This document shows, piece by piece, positions 1-7,800 of a DNA stretch of 64,000 nucleotides. This DNA comes from Verrucomicrobiia bacterium. Its GTDB lineage: Bacteria > Verrucomicrobiota > Verrucomicrobiia > Limisphaerales > JADLHS01. A model generated the notes under the pieces. That model saw only the letters and a list, made by a program, of their open reading frames with translations. It was not told the origin of the DNA and did no database searches. Position numbers and translations under genes: made by a program. The DNA lies in the NCBI GenBank assembly GCA_011525685.1, contig WYBW01000049.1, positions 40,280 to 104,279 of the forward strand, given 5' to 3'. Position 1 is the first letter of the stretch; each line of letters begins with the position of its first letter.

Positions 1-89
1 GTCCGTTCAACTTATTAACCCGACCTTCCTTCGAGCCTCAATCTCCACAAGGCGCTTCACAACATAGTCTTACGGTATTTACACGACGC

Positions 90-105
90 TGGCATGGCCA
101 CTGCA
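90..105 (+). promoter_or_regulatory. Candidate sigma-54 (-24/-12) promoter TGGCATGGCCACTGCA
   Basis: GG at 91-92 and GC at 103-104 have the canonical 12-nt register of TGGCAC-N5-TTGC. It lies about 38 nt upstream of the ATG at 143. An identical 16-mer recurs at 7644-7659. Confidence 0.6.
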
Positions 106-142
106 AAATGCCTGCTGACAGAGACGAACAGCAGTTGATGAC

Positions 143-487
143 ATGAACATGATCCAAAACAAACCGAACCTCAGAGCCGTAACCCAGGGAGAGTTCGCGT
201 CGGCAGTCTTGCAGTCGGGCAAACCGGTTCTGGTGGTGTTCTTCGCGACGTGGAGCCGCCCGTGCCAGGTCTTGGAGGCCACGCTGAACGAGGTAGTGAC
301 CGCCTGCGACGGGCAAGCAGCGTTCTTAAAAATCAATGCCGACGATCACCCCGACCTCAGTCTTTGCTACGACATCCAATCCGTTCCGACGTTGCTCTAT
401 TTCGTTGGCGGACATGTGCGGGCCAGAGTCGTCGGCACGGTGTCCAAAGAAGCCATTCTCGCCAAACTGAATTTGCTCAACCCATGA
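143..487 (+). CDS. Thioredoxin-fold protein with a monothiol W-S-R-P-C site in place of W-C-G-P-C
   Basis: The 114-aa protein contains VVFFATWSRPCQVLEATL, aligning to the Trx active-site region, and the cis-Pro motif SVPTLLYF. The first (nucleophilic) Cys is replaced by Ser. Confidence 0.85.
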   Translation: MNMIQNKPNLRAVTQGEFASAVLQSGKPVLVVFFATWSRPCQVLEATLNEVVTACDGQAAFLKINADDHPDLSLCYDIQSVPTLLYFVGGHVRARVVGTVSKEAILAKLNLLNP

Positions 488-618
488 AGATACCAAATCA
501 CTCTTACCACCCAAAGGCGCTGGGCGCGCCGACTTTCGCTACAGCGGTTGCTGCGTCGCGATCCTGCCTGAGTTCCTGCCCGACTCCCCGCGCGCCCAGC
601 GCCTCTTCTTTTGCCGGT

Positions 619-722
619 GGAGCGCGGGCTTTAGCCCGCTTCAACGTCCGTAAGGCGAGAGACAATAGTCTTTCATATCTGCTGGCGTTTTGGGAGTTGA
701 AGCGGCGTGAACGCCGCGCCCC
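619..722. repeat. Palindromic repeat element, family G (GGAGCGCGGGCTTyAGCCCGCTTCAAC arms)
   Basis: The left arm at 619-645 is a roughly 75% reverse complement of the right arm at 696-722. A second copy lies at 28994-29104 and shares the internal GACAAT..CTTTCA core. Confidence 0.6.
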
Positions 723-1818
723 GCTCGCACTCGCGGTGGTCGCCGCGCTTACTGCGGCGCTGGCGTTCACCGGCTGCGAGAAGCCCGAGGCCAAAGCCCC
801 CGAGAAAAGTCTGGTGCGCACCGCGGTCGTCGAGCCGGCGGGCAATGGCCGTTCCGACAGCGAGGCGGCCTATCTCGCGGCGGTGAAGTTCGACCGCGAA
901 ACGGATCTCAATTTCAAGGTCGGCGGGATCGTGGTCCTCATTGGACCGGCCGCCAACGCGGATTGGGACGAGGCGACGCCGGTCAAGATCGGGGCGCTGC
1001 TGGCCGAGTTGAAGCAATCGGATTTTGAGAACGCGTTGAGCGCGGCGCGTGCGAAGGCGGACCTGGCCGACAAGACGCGCGAGCGTTTCCGGAAACTCCG
1101 CGAGACGGACGCCATTTCGCAGCAAGAACTCGATGTCGTCGAGGCCGAGTGGCGCACAGCGCAGGCGGCGCTGGATCAGGCGCAGCACAATCTGCGCGAC
1201 TCGCGATTGGTGGCGGACAAGAACGGCGTGATCCTGAGGCGCTACATCAACCGCGGCGTCACGGTTGCACCCGGCCAGCCGGTGCTGCGCTTCGCCGACA
1301 CGAGTCTGATGTCCGTCGAGTTGGGCCTGCCGGATCGGTTGATTGGCAAGGTGACGCCCGGCCAGGAGATTGATGTCGAGATTTCGGCGTTGGAGGGCCT
1401 GAAGCCTTTCAAGGGCACTGTTACGGAAGTCGGCGTGGCGGCGAGTGCTGAAGGCCGATTGTTCCGCGTCGTAATCAAAGTGCCGAATCCGGAAGGGCAG
1501 TTGCGTTCGGGCATGACCGCGCGCATTCGCGTCGGCGACGCGGCCGCGACGCCGGGCACAGTCACCATTCCGCTCTCGGCGCTGGTGACGCTGGTGTCCG
1601 AAGGCGGCTCGCATGGCAACCCGCAAACGCAACTCGGCGTCTTCGTCGTCCAGGACGGCAAAGTGGTGAAGCGCGCGGTGAAGACCGGCGACATCATCAA
1701 GAGTTCCATTCTCGTGACCGAAGGATTGCGGGCGGGGGAACAGGTCGTCACATCGGGAGCCAGTTTTCTTTACGACGGCGCGCCGGTCGAAGTCGCCCCC
1801 GAACTGACCACCAAGTAA
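697..1818 (+). CDS. RND efflux periplasmic adaptor (membrane fusion protein), predicted lipoprotein
   Basis: It has HlyD/MFP-like coiled-coil and beta-barrel segments (QQELDVVEAEWRTAQAALDQAQ, GQPVLRFADTSLMSVELGLPD). From the TTG at 697 the N-terminus reads KRRERRAPLALAVVAALTAALAFTGC, a signal peptide plus lipobox. The start is uncertain: an in-frame ATG at 484 is possible, and the track ORF start at 250 overlaps the trx gene. Confidence 0.8.
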   Translation: MKRRERRAPLALAVVAALTAALAFTGCEKPEAKAPEKSLVRTAVVEPAGNGRSDSEAAYLAAVKFDRETDLNFKVGGIVVLIGPAANADWDEATPVKIGALLAELKQSDFENALSAARAKADLADKTRERFRKLRETDAISQQELDVVEAEWRTAQAALDQAQHNLRDSRLVADKNGVILRRYINRGVTVAPGQPVLRFADTSLMSVELGLPDRLIGKVTPGQEIDVEISALEGLKPFKGTVTEVGVAASAEGRLFRVVIKVPNPEGQLRSGMTARIRVGDAAATPGTVTIPLSALVTLVSEGGSHGNPQTQLGVFVVQDGKVVKRAVKTGDIIKSSILVTEGLRAGEQVVTSGASFLYDGAPVEVAPELTTK

Positions 1819-1846
1819 CGCAGGATAATCCAGGAGAACCATTCCC

Positions 1847-4800
1847 ATGTCAGACCACGTTGAGAAAAAGACCGAGTCCGGTGTGGATGCGACGCCGAGC
1901 ACTTCAACCGTAGCGCAGACCTCCGAGTCTGCTGTATCGCAGGTTTCAAAACCTGCGGGCGCAACGAAGGGAGAAGCCCCCGAAAAATCTCAGCGCGATG
2001 CCGATTTGGAAATCGGCGATACAGCAGGTTTGGAAACCTGCGCTACGAAAAAGCCCGCAGCTCACGTTGAAAACAAGAAGGAGTCCGGTGGCATCGCTCA
2101 GTTCTTTGTCGAGCATCGGGAGGTGAGCTGGCTGGCGCTGATCGCCGTGCTGGTGTGGGGCGTGGTGGCCTACACCAAGCTGGGCCAGCAGGAAGACCCC
2201 ACGATTCCCCAGCGCACCGCGATGCTGGTGACGATCTTCCCCGGCGCGACCGCCTCGAAGGTCGAGGAACTGGTCGCGAAGCCGCTCGAACGCAAGATCA
2301 GCGAGCTGGATTCCATCGAGGAGATCAAGACGACGGTCCGGCCCGGCGTCGTCACGATGAACATCAAACAGCTTCCCGCGCCGAAGCCGACGATCGACCA
2401 GCAGTGGGACAAGGTCCGGTCCAAGATCGCCGAAGTGCAGTTGCCCGACGGCACGCGGCAGCCGTGGCTCAACACGGATTTTGGCAACACGATCACGCTG
2501 CTATATGCGCTGGTCAGCCCGCCAATCACCGAGGCGGAGTGCGTGGCGCGGGCCAACCTGCTGCGGGACCGCCTGGCCGACCTCCGCGCCGGAGCGCCTT
2601 CCACCCATCGCGCCGCCGTGGCGGCCTGGCTGCCCGGCATGGACGCGAAAGCCCTCGAGACGCTCCGCGGCCGGTTCGAGGTGGCAATCCAGGCGGCCGG
2701 TCTCGCCAAAGCCGTGCGCACTACTCAGGGTCACTCGTTCATCCTGGCCGACCTGGAAACCACCGCCAGCCGCGGCGATCTGGAGAAGTTCATCGCCGAG
2801 TTCACCCGAACGTTCACGGGCACCGATCGTGAACTGTATCATCCCGATTTCACCCAGCCGATCGTGTTGATGGGCGATGAAGACCCGTTGCCGCAAATCC
2901 GCGCCACGGCCCCGCCGCGTTACAGCTATCGCACGCTCGAGTTGCTGGCGCGCGATTTCGAGGACGAACTCAAGCAGGTCGAGAGCGTCGGCAAAGTCAC
3001 CAAGGTCGCCATCGTGGAGGAAGCGGTGTATCTGCTTTACTCGGACGCCGACCTGGCCGGCTACGGCCTGACGCCGGAAGGCGTGATGTTCTCGATCAAC
3101 GCGCGCAACGCGGTGATTCCCGGCGGCACAATGCGCACCGAAGGCCGCAATTTCCCCGTGCAGCTTTCCGGCGAATACAAGACCGAGAACGACATGCTCG
3201 GGACGGTGGTGGGCATGGGACGCGGCGGCGCGCCGGTGTATCTGCGCGATGTCTTCGAAGTCCGCCGGATGTATGAGTCGCCCATTTCCTACAAGGTGGA
3301 TGTGCTCGGACGCGACAATGTAGCGCAGGTTTCCAAACCTGCTGTGTCGCCGACTTCCAAGTCGGCAGCGCGTGGGAAGATCGAGCGGTCAGCGGATTTG
3401 GAAATCCGCGATACAGCAGACTTGGAAGTCCGCGCTACGACGGAAAGCTCGCCGCTCGACACGCGCCGCGCCGTCATGGTCGCCGTCGAGATGCGCGAGG
3501 GAAAGATCATCCGCCATTTCAACGAGGACGTGACGAGGTTGGTGGACCGGATGAAGGCGCGCACCCCCGAGGGCATCGAGTTTCGGGTGTTGTCCGACCA
3601 ACCCTCGGCCGTGGATCATCGCATCAAGCACTTCATGAAGTGCTTCATGGAGGCGGTGATCATCGTGATCGTCGTCGCGCTGTTCATGATGGATTGGCGC
3701 TCGGCGCTGGTGCTGGCCACCGCGATTCCCGTGGGCGTCGCCATGACGTTCGTGGGCATGCAGGTGCTGGGCATTCCCCTGCAACAAATCTCCATCGCCG
3801 CGCTCATCATCGCGCTGGGTCTGCTGGTGGACGTGCCGGTGGTCGCCTCCGATGGCATCAACCGCGAGCTGTATCGGAAGGAGCCGCGGTTGCGCGCGGC
3901 CTGGCTGGGGCCGCTGCGTCTGCGGCATCCCATGGTGTTCGGCACCCTGACCTGCGTCTTCTCGTTCCTGCCGCTGCTGATGCTCTACGGCGACAAGGGC
4001 GAGTTCATGAAGAGCATGCCGACGGTGGTGACCATGGCGCTGCTCTCGGCGTTGCTGGTGTCCAACACCTTCCTGCCGCTCATCAGCTACTACGTGCTGC
4101 GCGGGCAGAAAGGGTTCGATGAAGGCGGCGAGGTGCGTTCGTTCTTCCTGTTCGGGCTGGTGGATCGGGCGCTCCTGGCGCTGTTGCCGATCTACCAAAA
4201 GGCCCTGCGGGGCGCGCTCAAGCGACCGTATCTCGTTCTGGGCGTCGCCTACGCGGTGCTGGCGCTGGTCCTCGTCTTTGTGTTCCCGCGATTGGGCAGC
4301 CAGTTCTTCCCGCCGGCCGAGCGCAATCAACTGCTGGTGGACATCGAAACGCCTTCGAGCGATTCGCTGACCAGCACGCGCGCGGCGATGGATCAAGTGG
4401 TAACCATTATCAAGCAGCACGAGGAAGTGGCCAGCGCGGCGGTGTTCTCCGGCGGCACGGCCCCGCGTTTCTATTACAACGTCGAACCCAAGGCACCGGC
4501 CAATTACCTCGGGCAAATTCTCATCAACACGCGCCACGCGGACGAGGTGGACGGCCTGATCGTCAAACTGCGCAAGGAACTGGACTCTTCCGTGCCCGGA
4601 GTGCGCTGCGTCGTCAAGCCGCTCGAGCAAGGTCCGCCCATCAACGAACCGATCCAAATCCGCCTCAGCGGCGAGAACCTGGACAAGCTGCGCCTCCTCG
4701 CCGATCAGGTTGCGACCGAACTGCGCGCGGCGGGCGGCTATCACGTGCATGACGACCTCGGCCTGCGCATGCCCAGTCTCCAGATTGACATTGATCAGGA

Positions 4801-5707
4801 CCGCGCGAATTCACTCGGCTTGAACAACCGGCAGATTGGCGGCGTGGCCCTCTCCTCCTTTGCCGGTTTGCAGGTGACGGAACTGCGCGAAAAGGACCGG
4901 CTCATCCCCGTGTTGGTGCGCGGTCGCATCGAAGACCGCAGCGAGGTGGAGAAGATTCGCGCGCTCTACGCGCCGACGCCCGACGGGAAGAGCGTTCCCT
5001 TCGAGAGCTTCGCCAAGGTGACCGTGCAGCCCGAGTTCGTCCGGATTCCGCACTACAACCAACTTCGCACCGTCACCGTCAAGGCCTACGCGCCGTTCGG
5101 CGAACTGGCGTCGCAGGTGCTCGACCGCGCGCGCCCGGGCCTGGCGAAGATCAAACTCGAACCGGGTTACGAATTGAAGTTCGCCGGCGAGGACGAGGAA
5201 CTGCGCAAGAGCAAGGCGGAGATGATGGTCATCCTGATGGTCTGCCTGGCGCTGATCGTTGGCACGCTGGTGCTGCAATTCAAGTCGGTCGTCAAGGCGG
5301 CGACAGTCATGCTGACAGCGCCGCTGGTGCTCATCGCCTCGATCATCGGCCTCTTTGTCACCAACTCACCCTTCGGGTTCATGGCCATGCTGGCGGTGAT
5401 CAGCCTGATTGGCGTGCTCGTGTGCAACATGATCGTGCTCAGCGAACAGATCGAGCACTCGCGCGAACAGGGGCTGCCGTTGGAGGAGGCGCTGGTGAAG
5501 TCCGGCCTGTCCCGGTTGCGCCCGGTGCTGATGACGGTCCTGGCCGTGTCCGGCGGCCTGGTGCCGCTGTTCTTTGCCGGCGGCGCGCTGTGGCATCCGC
5601 TGACGGCGGTTCACATCTTCGGCCTGCTCTTCGCCCCGGTGCTGACGTTGGGGATGTTGCCGACGATGTACTATGTCTTCTGCGCCAAACTGAAGTTAAT
5701 CAAGTAA
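1847..5707 (+). CDS. RND efflux permease (AcrB/HAE-type inner-membrane pump), 1286 aa, carrying two in-frame repeat insertions
   Basis: Length, twelve hydrophobic segments in a 1+5 / 1+5 arrangement, and AcrB-like periplasmic domains. AGGAGA lies 8 nt upstream of the ATG. The gene sits between adaptor and outer-membrane factor genes. Confidence 0.95.
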   Translation: MSDHVEKKTESGVDATPSTSTVAQTSESAVSQVSKPAGATKGEAPEKSQRDADLEIGDTAGLETCATKKPAAHVENKKESGGIAQFFVEHREVSWLALIAVLVWGVVAYTKLGQQEDPTIPQRTAMLVTIFPGATASKVEELVAKPLERKISELDSIEEIKTTVRPGVVTMNIKQLPAPKPTIDQQWDKVRSKIAEVQLPDGTRQPWLNTDFGNTITLLYALVSPPITEAECVARANLLRDRLADLRAGAPSTHRAAVAAWLPGMDAKALETLRGRFEVAIQAAGLAKAVRTTQGHSFILADLETTASRGDLEKFIAEFTRTFTGTDRELYHPDFTQPIVLMGDEDPLPQIRATAPPRYSYRTLELLARDFEDELKQVESVGKVTKVAIVEEAVYLLYSDADLAGYGLTPEGVMFSINARNAVIPGGTMRTEGRNFPVQLSGEYKTENDMLGTVVGMGRGGAPVYLRDVFEVRRMYESPISYKVDVLGRDNVAQVSKPAVSPTSKSAARGKIERSADLEIRDTADLEVRATTESSPLDTRRAVMVAVEMREGKIIRHFNEDVTRLVDRMKARTPEGIEFRVLSDQPSAVDHRIKHFMKCFMEAVIIVIVVALFMMDWRSALVLATAIPVGVAMTFVGMQVLGIPLQQISIAALIIALGLLVDVPVVASDGINRELYRKEPRLRAAWLGPLRLRHPMVFGTLTCVFSFLPLLMLYGDKGEFMKSMPTVVTMALLSALLVSNTFLPLISYYVLRGQKGFDEGGEVRSFFLFGLVDRALLALLPIYQKALRGALKRPYLVLGVAYAVLALVLVFVFPRLGSQFFPPAERNQLLVDIETPSSDSLTSTRAAMDQVVTIIKQHEEVASAAVFSGGTAPRFYYNVEPKAPANYLGQILINTRHADEVDGLIVKLRKELDSSVPGVRCVVKPLEQGPPINEPIQIRLSGENLDKLRLLADQVATELRAAGGYHVHDDLGLRMPSLQIDIDQDRANSLGLNNRQIGGVALSSFAGLQVTELREKDRLIPVLVRGRIEDRSEVEKIRALYAPTPDGKSVPFESFAKVTVQPEFVRIPHYNQLRTVTVKAYAPFGELASQVLDRARPGLAKIKLEPGYELKFAGEDEELRKSKAEMMVILMVCLALIVGTLVLQFKSVVKAATVMLTAPLVLIASIIGLFVTNSPFGFMAMLAVISLIGVLVCNMIVLSEQIEHSREQGLPLEEALVKSGLSRLRPVLMTVLAVSGGLVPLFFAGGALWHPLTAVHIFGLLFAPVLTLGMLPTMYYVFCAKLKLIK
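1910..2046. repeat. Palindromic repeat element, family A (GTAGCGCAG...CTGCGCTAC termini, GGTTTGGAAACCTG-type hairpins)
   Basis: Terminal inverted repeats GTAGCGCAG / CTGCGCTAC and internal hairpins (GCCGATTTGGAAATCGGC, CAGGTTTGGAAACCTG). It lies inside the RND ORF and is translated as ..VAQTSESAVSQVSKPAG..ADLEIGDTAGLETCAT.. Confidence 0.7.
3320..3438. repeat. Palindromic repeat element, family A, second copy inside the RND pump gene
   Basis: GTAGCGCAGGTTTCCAAACCTGCTG ... CAGCAGACTTGGAAGTCCGCGCTAC. It is translated in frame as NVAQVSKPAVSPTSKSAARGKIERSADLEIRDTADLEVRAT. Confidence 0.7.
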
Positions 5708-5717
5708 TCATCACATT

Positions 5718-7169
5718 ATGCGCTCATCATTTCTGAAACTGTCGGTTGGTTGCGCCGCGCTGGCGCTGGCCGGGTGCGCCGTTGGCCCGAACTACAAACA
5801 ACCCGCGGTGAACACGCCGGCGGCGTTCCGGGGCGCGGCCAACGTTGATTCCACCAACTCGCTCGCCGACCTGCCGTGGTGGGGACTCTTCAAGGATCCG
5901 GCGCTCCAGGACTTGATCCACGTGGCCCTCACCAACAACTACGACCTGCAGATCACCCTCACGCGGGTGGATCAGGCGCGGGCGATTCAAGCGCAGGCGC
6001 GGTCGCAATTCCTGCCGCAAGTAGGCTACGGAGGTGAAGCCAATCGGGGCAAGAACGAGTATCTCGGCCTTCCCGCACCGAACGGCGGCCGAACCATGGA
6101 CAGCTACCTGGCCGGCCTCGGAGCGGTTTGGGAAATTGATCTTTGGGGCCGCGTGCGCCGGATGAGCGAAGCCGCCAAAGCCAACTTCATGGCCACGCAG
6201 GAAGGCCGGCGGGTGGTCATGACCTCGCTGGTCAGCGGCGTCGCCGCAGCCTACTTTGAGTTGCTGGAACTGGACGAGCAACTCGCCATTGCCCAGCGCA
6301 CGCGGGACTCCTACGAGCGGATGCTGAAACTGTTCTCCGACCAACATGCCGGCGGTCTGGCGTCGAAACTTGAGGTGTCCCGGGCCGAACTCGCGCTGCG
6401 TTCGGTTTCGGCCAACATCCCGGAGATTGAGCGCCAGATCGCGCTCAAAGAAAACGAAATCAACACGCTGCTGGGTCGCAACCCCGGCCCTATTGCCCGC
6501 ACCTCGACGCTGCTGGCGCAGGACTTGCCGGTCGAAATCCCGGTCGGTCTGCCGTCGAGTTTGCTGCAGCGCCGGCCCGACATCCGCGCCGCCGAGCAAC
6601 AAGTCCGGATGGCCAACGCGGAAATCGGCGTCGCCACCGCCGATTTCTTCCCGCGCATCGGTCTCACGACCTTTTACGGCGGCACCAGCACCGATCTCGA
6701 CAATCTGTTCAAGAGCGAGGCGAATGTCTGGTCCGCGGCGGCCAGCGCGGCCGGGCCGATCTTTACCGGCGGCCGGTTGACCGCCCACCGCCGGCAAGCC
6801 AAAGCCGCTTGGGAAGAAGCCAAACTGCATTACCAGCAGACCGCCCTCACCGCCTTCCGCGAGGTTTCCGATGCGCTCATCTCCCGCCGCCGGTTCGAAG
6901 AAAGCCGCAGCGAGCAAACGCAGGCCGTTGACGCCGGCCGTCAGGCTGTGGAACTGGCGACGACGCGCTTCAAAGAGGGCAAGGCGAGTTATTACGAGGT
7001 GCTCGAAGCGCAACAGCAACTCTACCCCGCCGAGAACACTCTCTCGCGCCTCGAAGTCGCCCGCCGCCTCGCCGTCATTCAACTCTACAAATCCCTCGGC
7101 GGCGGGTGGGAAACCGAGGCATCCGTGAACCCAGCCGCGCGGTCAGACGCGTCGTCTCAATCCAGGTAA
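5718..7169 (+). CDS. RND efflux outer-membrane factor lipoprotein (NodT/OprM family)
   Basis: Signal peptide with lipobox LALAGCAVGPNYKQP, typical of NodT. Two OEP-like repeats. It lies directly downstream of the pump gene. Confidence 0.9.
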   Translation: MRSSFLKLSVGCAALALAGCAVGPNYKQPAVNTPAAFRGAANVDSTNSLADLPWWGLFKDPALQDLIHVALTNNYDLQITLTRVDQARAIQAQARSQFLPQVGYGGEANRGKNEYLGLPAPNGGRTMDSYLAGLGAVWEIDLWGRVRRMSEAAKANFMATQEGRRVVMTSLVSGVAAAYFELLELDEQLAIAQRTRDSYERMLKLFSDQHAGGLASKLEVSRAELALRSVSANIPEIERQIALKENEINTLLGRNPGPIARTSTLLAQDLPVEIPVGLPSSLLQRRPDIRAAEQQVRMANAEIGVATADFFPRIGLTTFYGGTSTDLDNLFKSEANVWSAAASAAGPIFTGGRLTAHRRQAKAAWEEAKLHYQQTALTAFREVSDALISRRRFEESRSEQTQAVDAGRQAVELATTRFKEGKASYYEVLEAQQQLYPAENTLSRLEVARRLAVIQLYKSLGGGWETEASVNPAARSDASSQSR

Positions 7170-7279
7170 ACCGGAATCAAGCAGCCGTCTTCTTGAAGGG
7201 TTAAGAAACCGTCGTCGGGGATTTGGTTGTTGAGCAGAAATCCATCCCAGCGCGGCGGACGCCGCAAACACAGGTTTTA

Positions 7280-7373
7280 TGGAGTGCGGCGGGAAGCGAA
7301 GCGCCACGCCGCTTTTGGAAAAGGATGACCGGGGGAAAGCGGTGTCGCCGCTGCGCTCTGCCACCGCACTCCA
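7280..7373. repeat. Palindromic repeat element, family B (TGGAGTGCGGCGG ... CCACCGCACTCCA)
   Basis: A 94-bp element with near-perfect terminal inverted repeats. It lies in the intergenic region after the efflux operon. Confidence 0.7.
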
Positions 7374-7554
7374 AGTTTTTGGCGCGGTTCAACGAGTCTC
7401 AGCAACGACTGCTCTTGCGATTGCTCCCGGGCAAACTCCAAGAGTAATTGCGTCGCAAAAAGCGAATCGGACCGTCGGTCGTTCGTTGGTTTCATACAAC
7501 AAGAGGCTGCCAGATCGCGGACAAATAATCCGACCAAACCTGGCTCAAGTTTTT

Positions 7555-7800
7555 GTCCGTTCAACTTTTTAACCCAACCACCCTCCGGGGCCTAATCTCT
7601 GCAAGACAATTCAAAACAGGCTCTTACGGCATTTCAACCTCGTTGGCATGGCCACTGCAAAATGCCTGCTGATAGAAGCGAATAGTAGTTGATGACATGA
7701 ACACGAGCCAAAACAACTCAAGCATCCGATTCGTCGGCCAAGCCGATTTCGCGTCGGAAACCCTGCAAGTCGGACAAACCAGTTCTGGCGGTGTTCACGG
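7555..7800 (+). other. Duplicated copy of the window-start module (upstream box, sigma-54 promoter, leader hairpin, 5' end of the thioredoxin ORF)
   Basis: It aligns by eye to 1-245. GTCCGTTCAACTTwTTAACCC matches at 20/21 positions. TGGCATGGCCACTGCAAAATGCCTGCTGA is identical over 29/29 nt. The flanking and coding parts are about 70% identical. Homology ends just before the Trx active site. Confidence 0.8.
7644..7659 (+). promoter_or_regulatory. Candidate sigma-54 (-24/-12) promoter, second copy
   Basis: The 16-mer TGGCATGGCCACTGCA is identical to 90-105 and has the same spacing to the ATG at 7697. Confidence 0.6.

Noticed and set aside
250-696. The 5' extension of the adaptor ORF (track start at 250, 522 aa).
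   Set aside because: It overlaps the thioredoxin gene in another frame and reads through a repeat element. It would also bury the lipoprotein signal peptide. An internal start (697, or at most 484) is far more plausible.
673-1902. A long antisense ORF (409 aa), with similar ones at 3389-4750, 5727-7082, 8276-9049, 12389-13642, 13846-16476, 16880-18490, 21689-23284, 23729-25024, 26763-28220, 29798-31066, 32637-33300, 34210-35190, 45954-47189, 47208-48194, 58142-59347, 58782-60422 and 62551-63810.
   Set aside because: These are shadow ORFs opposite well-supported genes in a GC-rich genome. Their translations are Arg/Ala/Gly/His-rich low-complexity sequence with no motifs, whereas the partner strand encodes clear families.
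1910-3438. The possibility that the recurring hairpin repeats form a CRISPR array.
   Set aside because: The copies are kilobases apart, belong to different families, lie inside genes and lack regular repeat-spacer periodicity. No cas genes are present.
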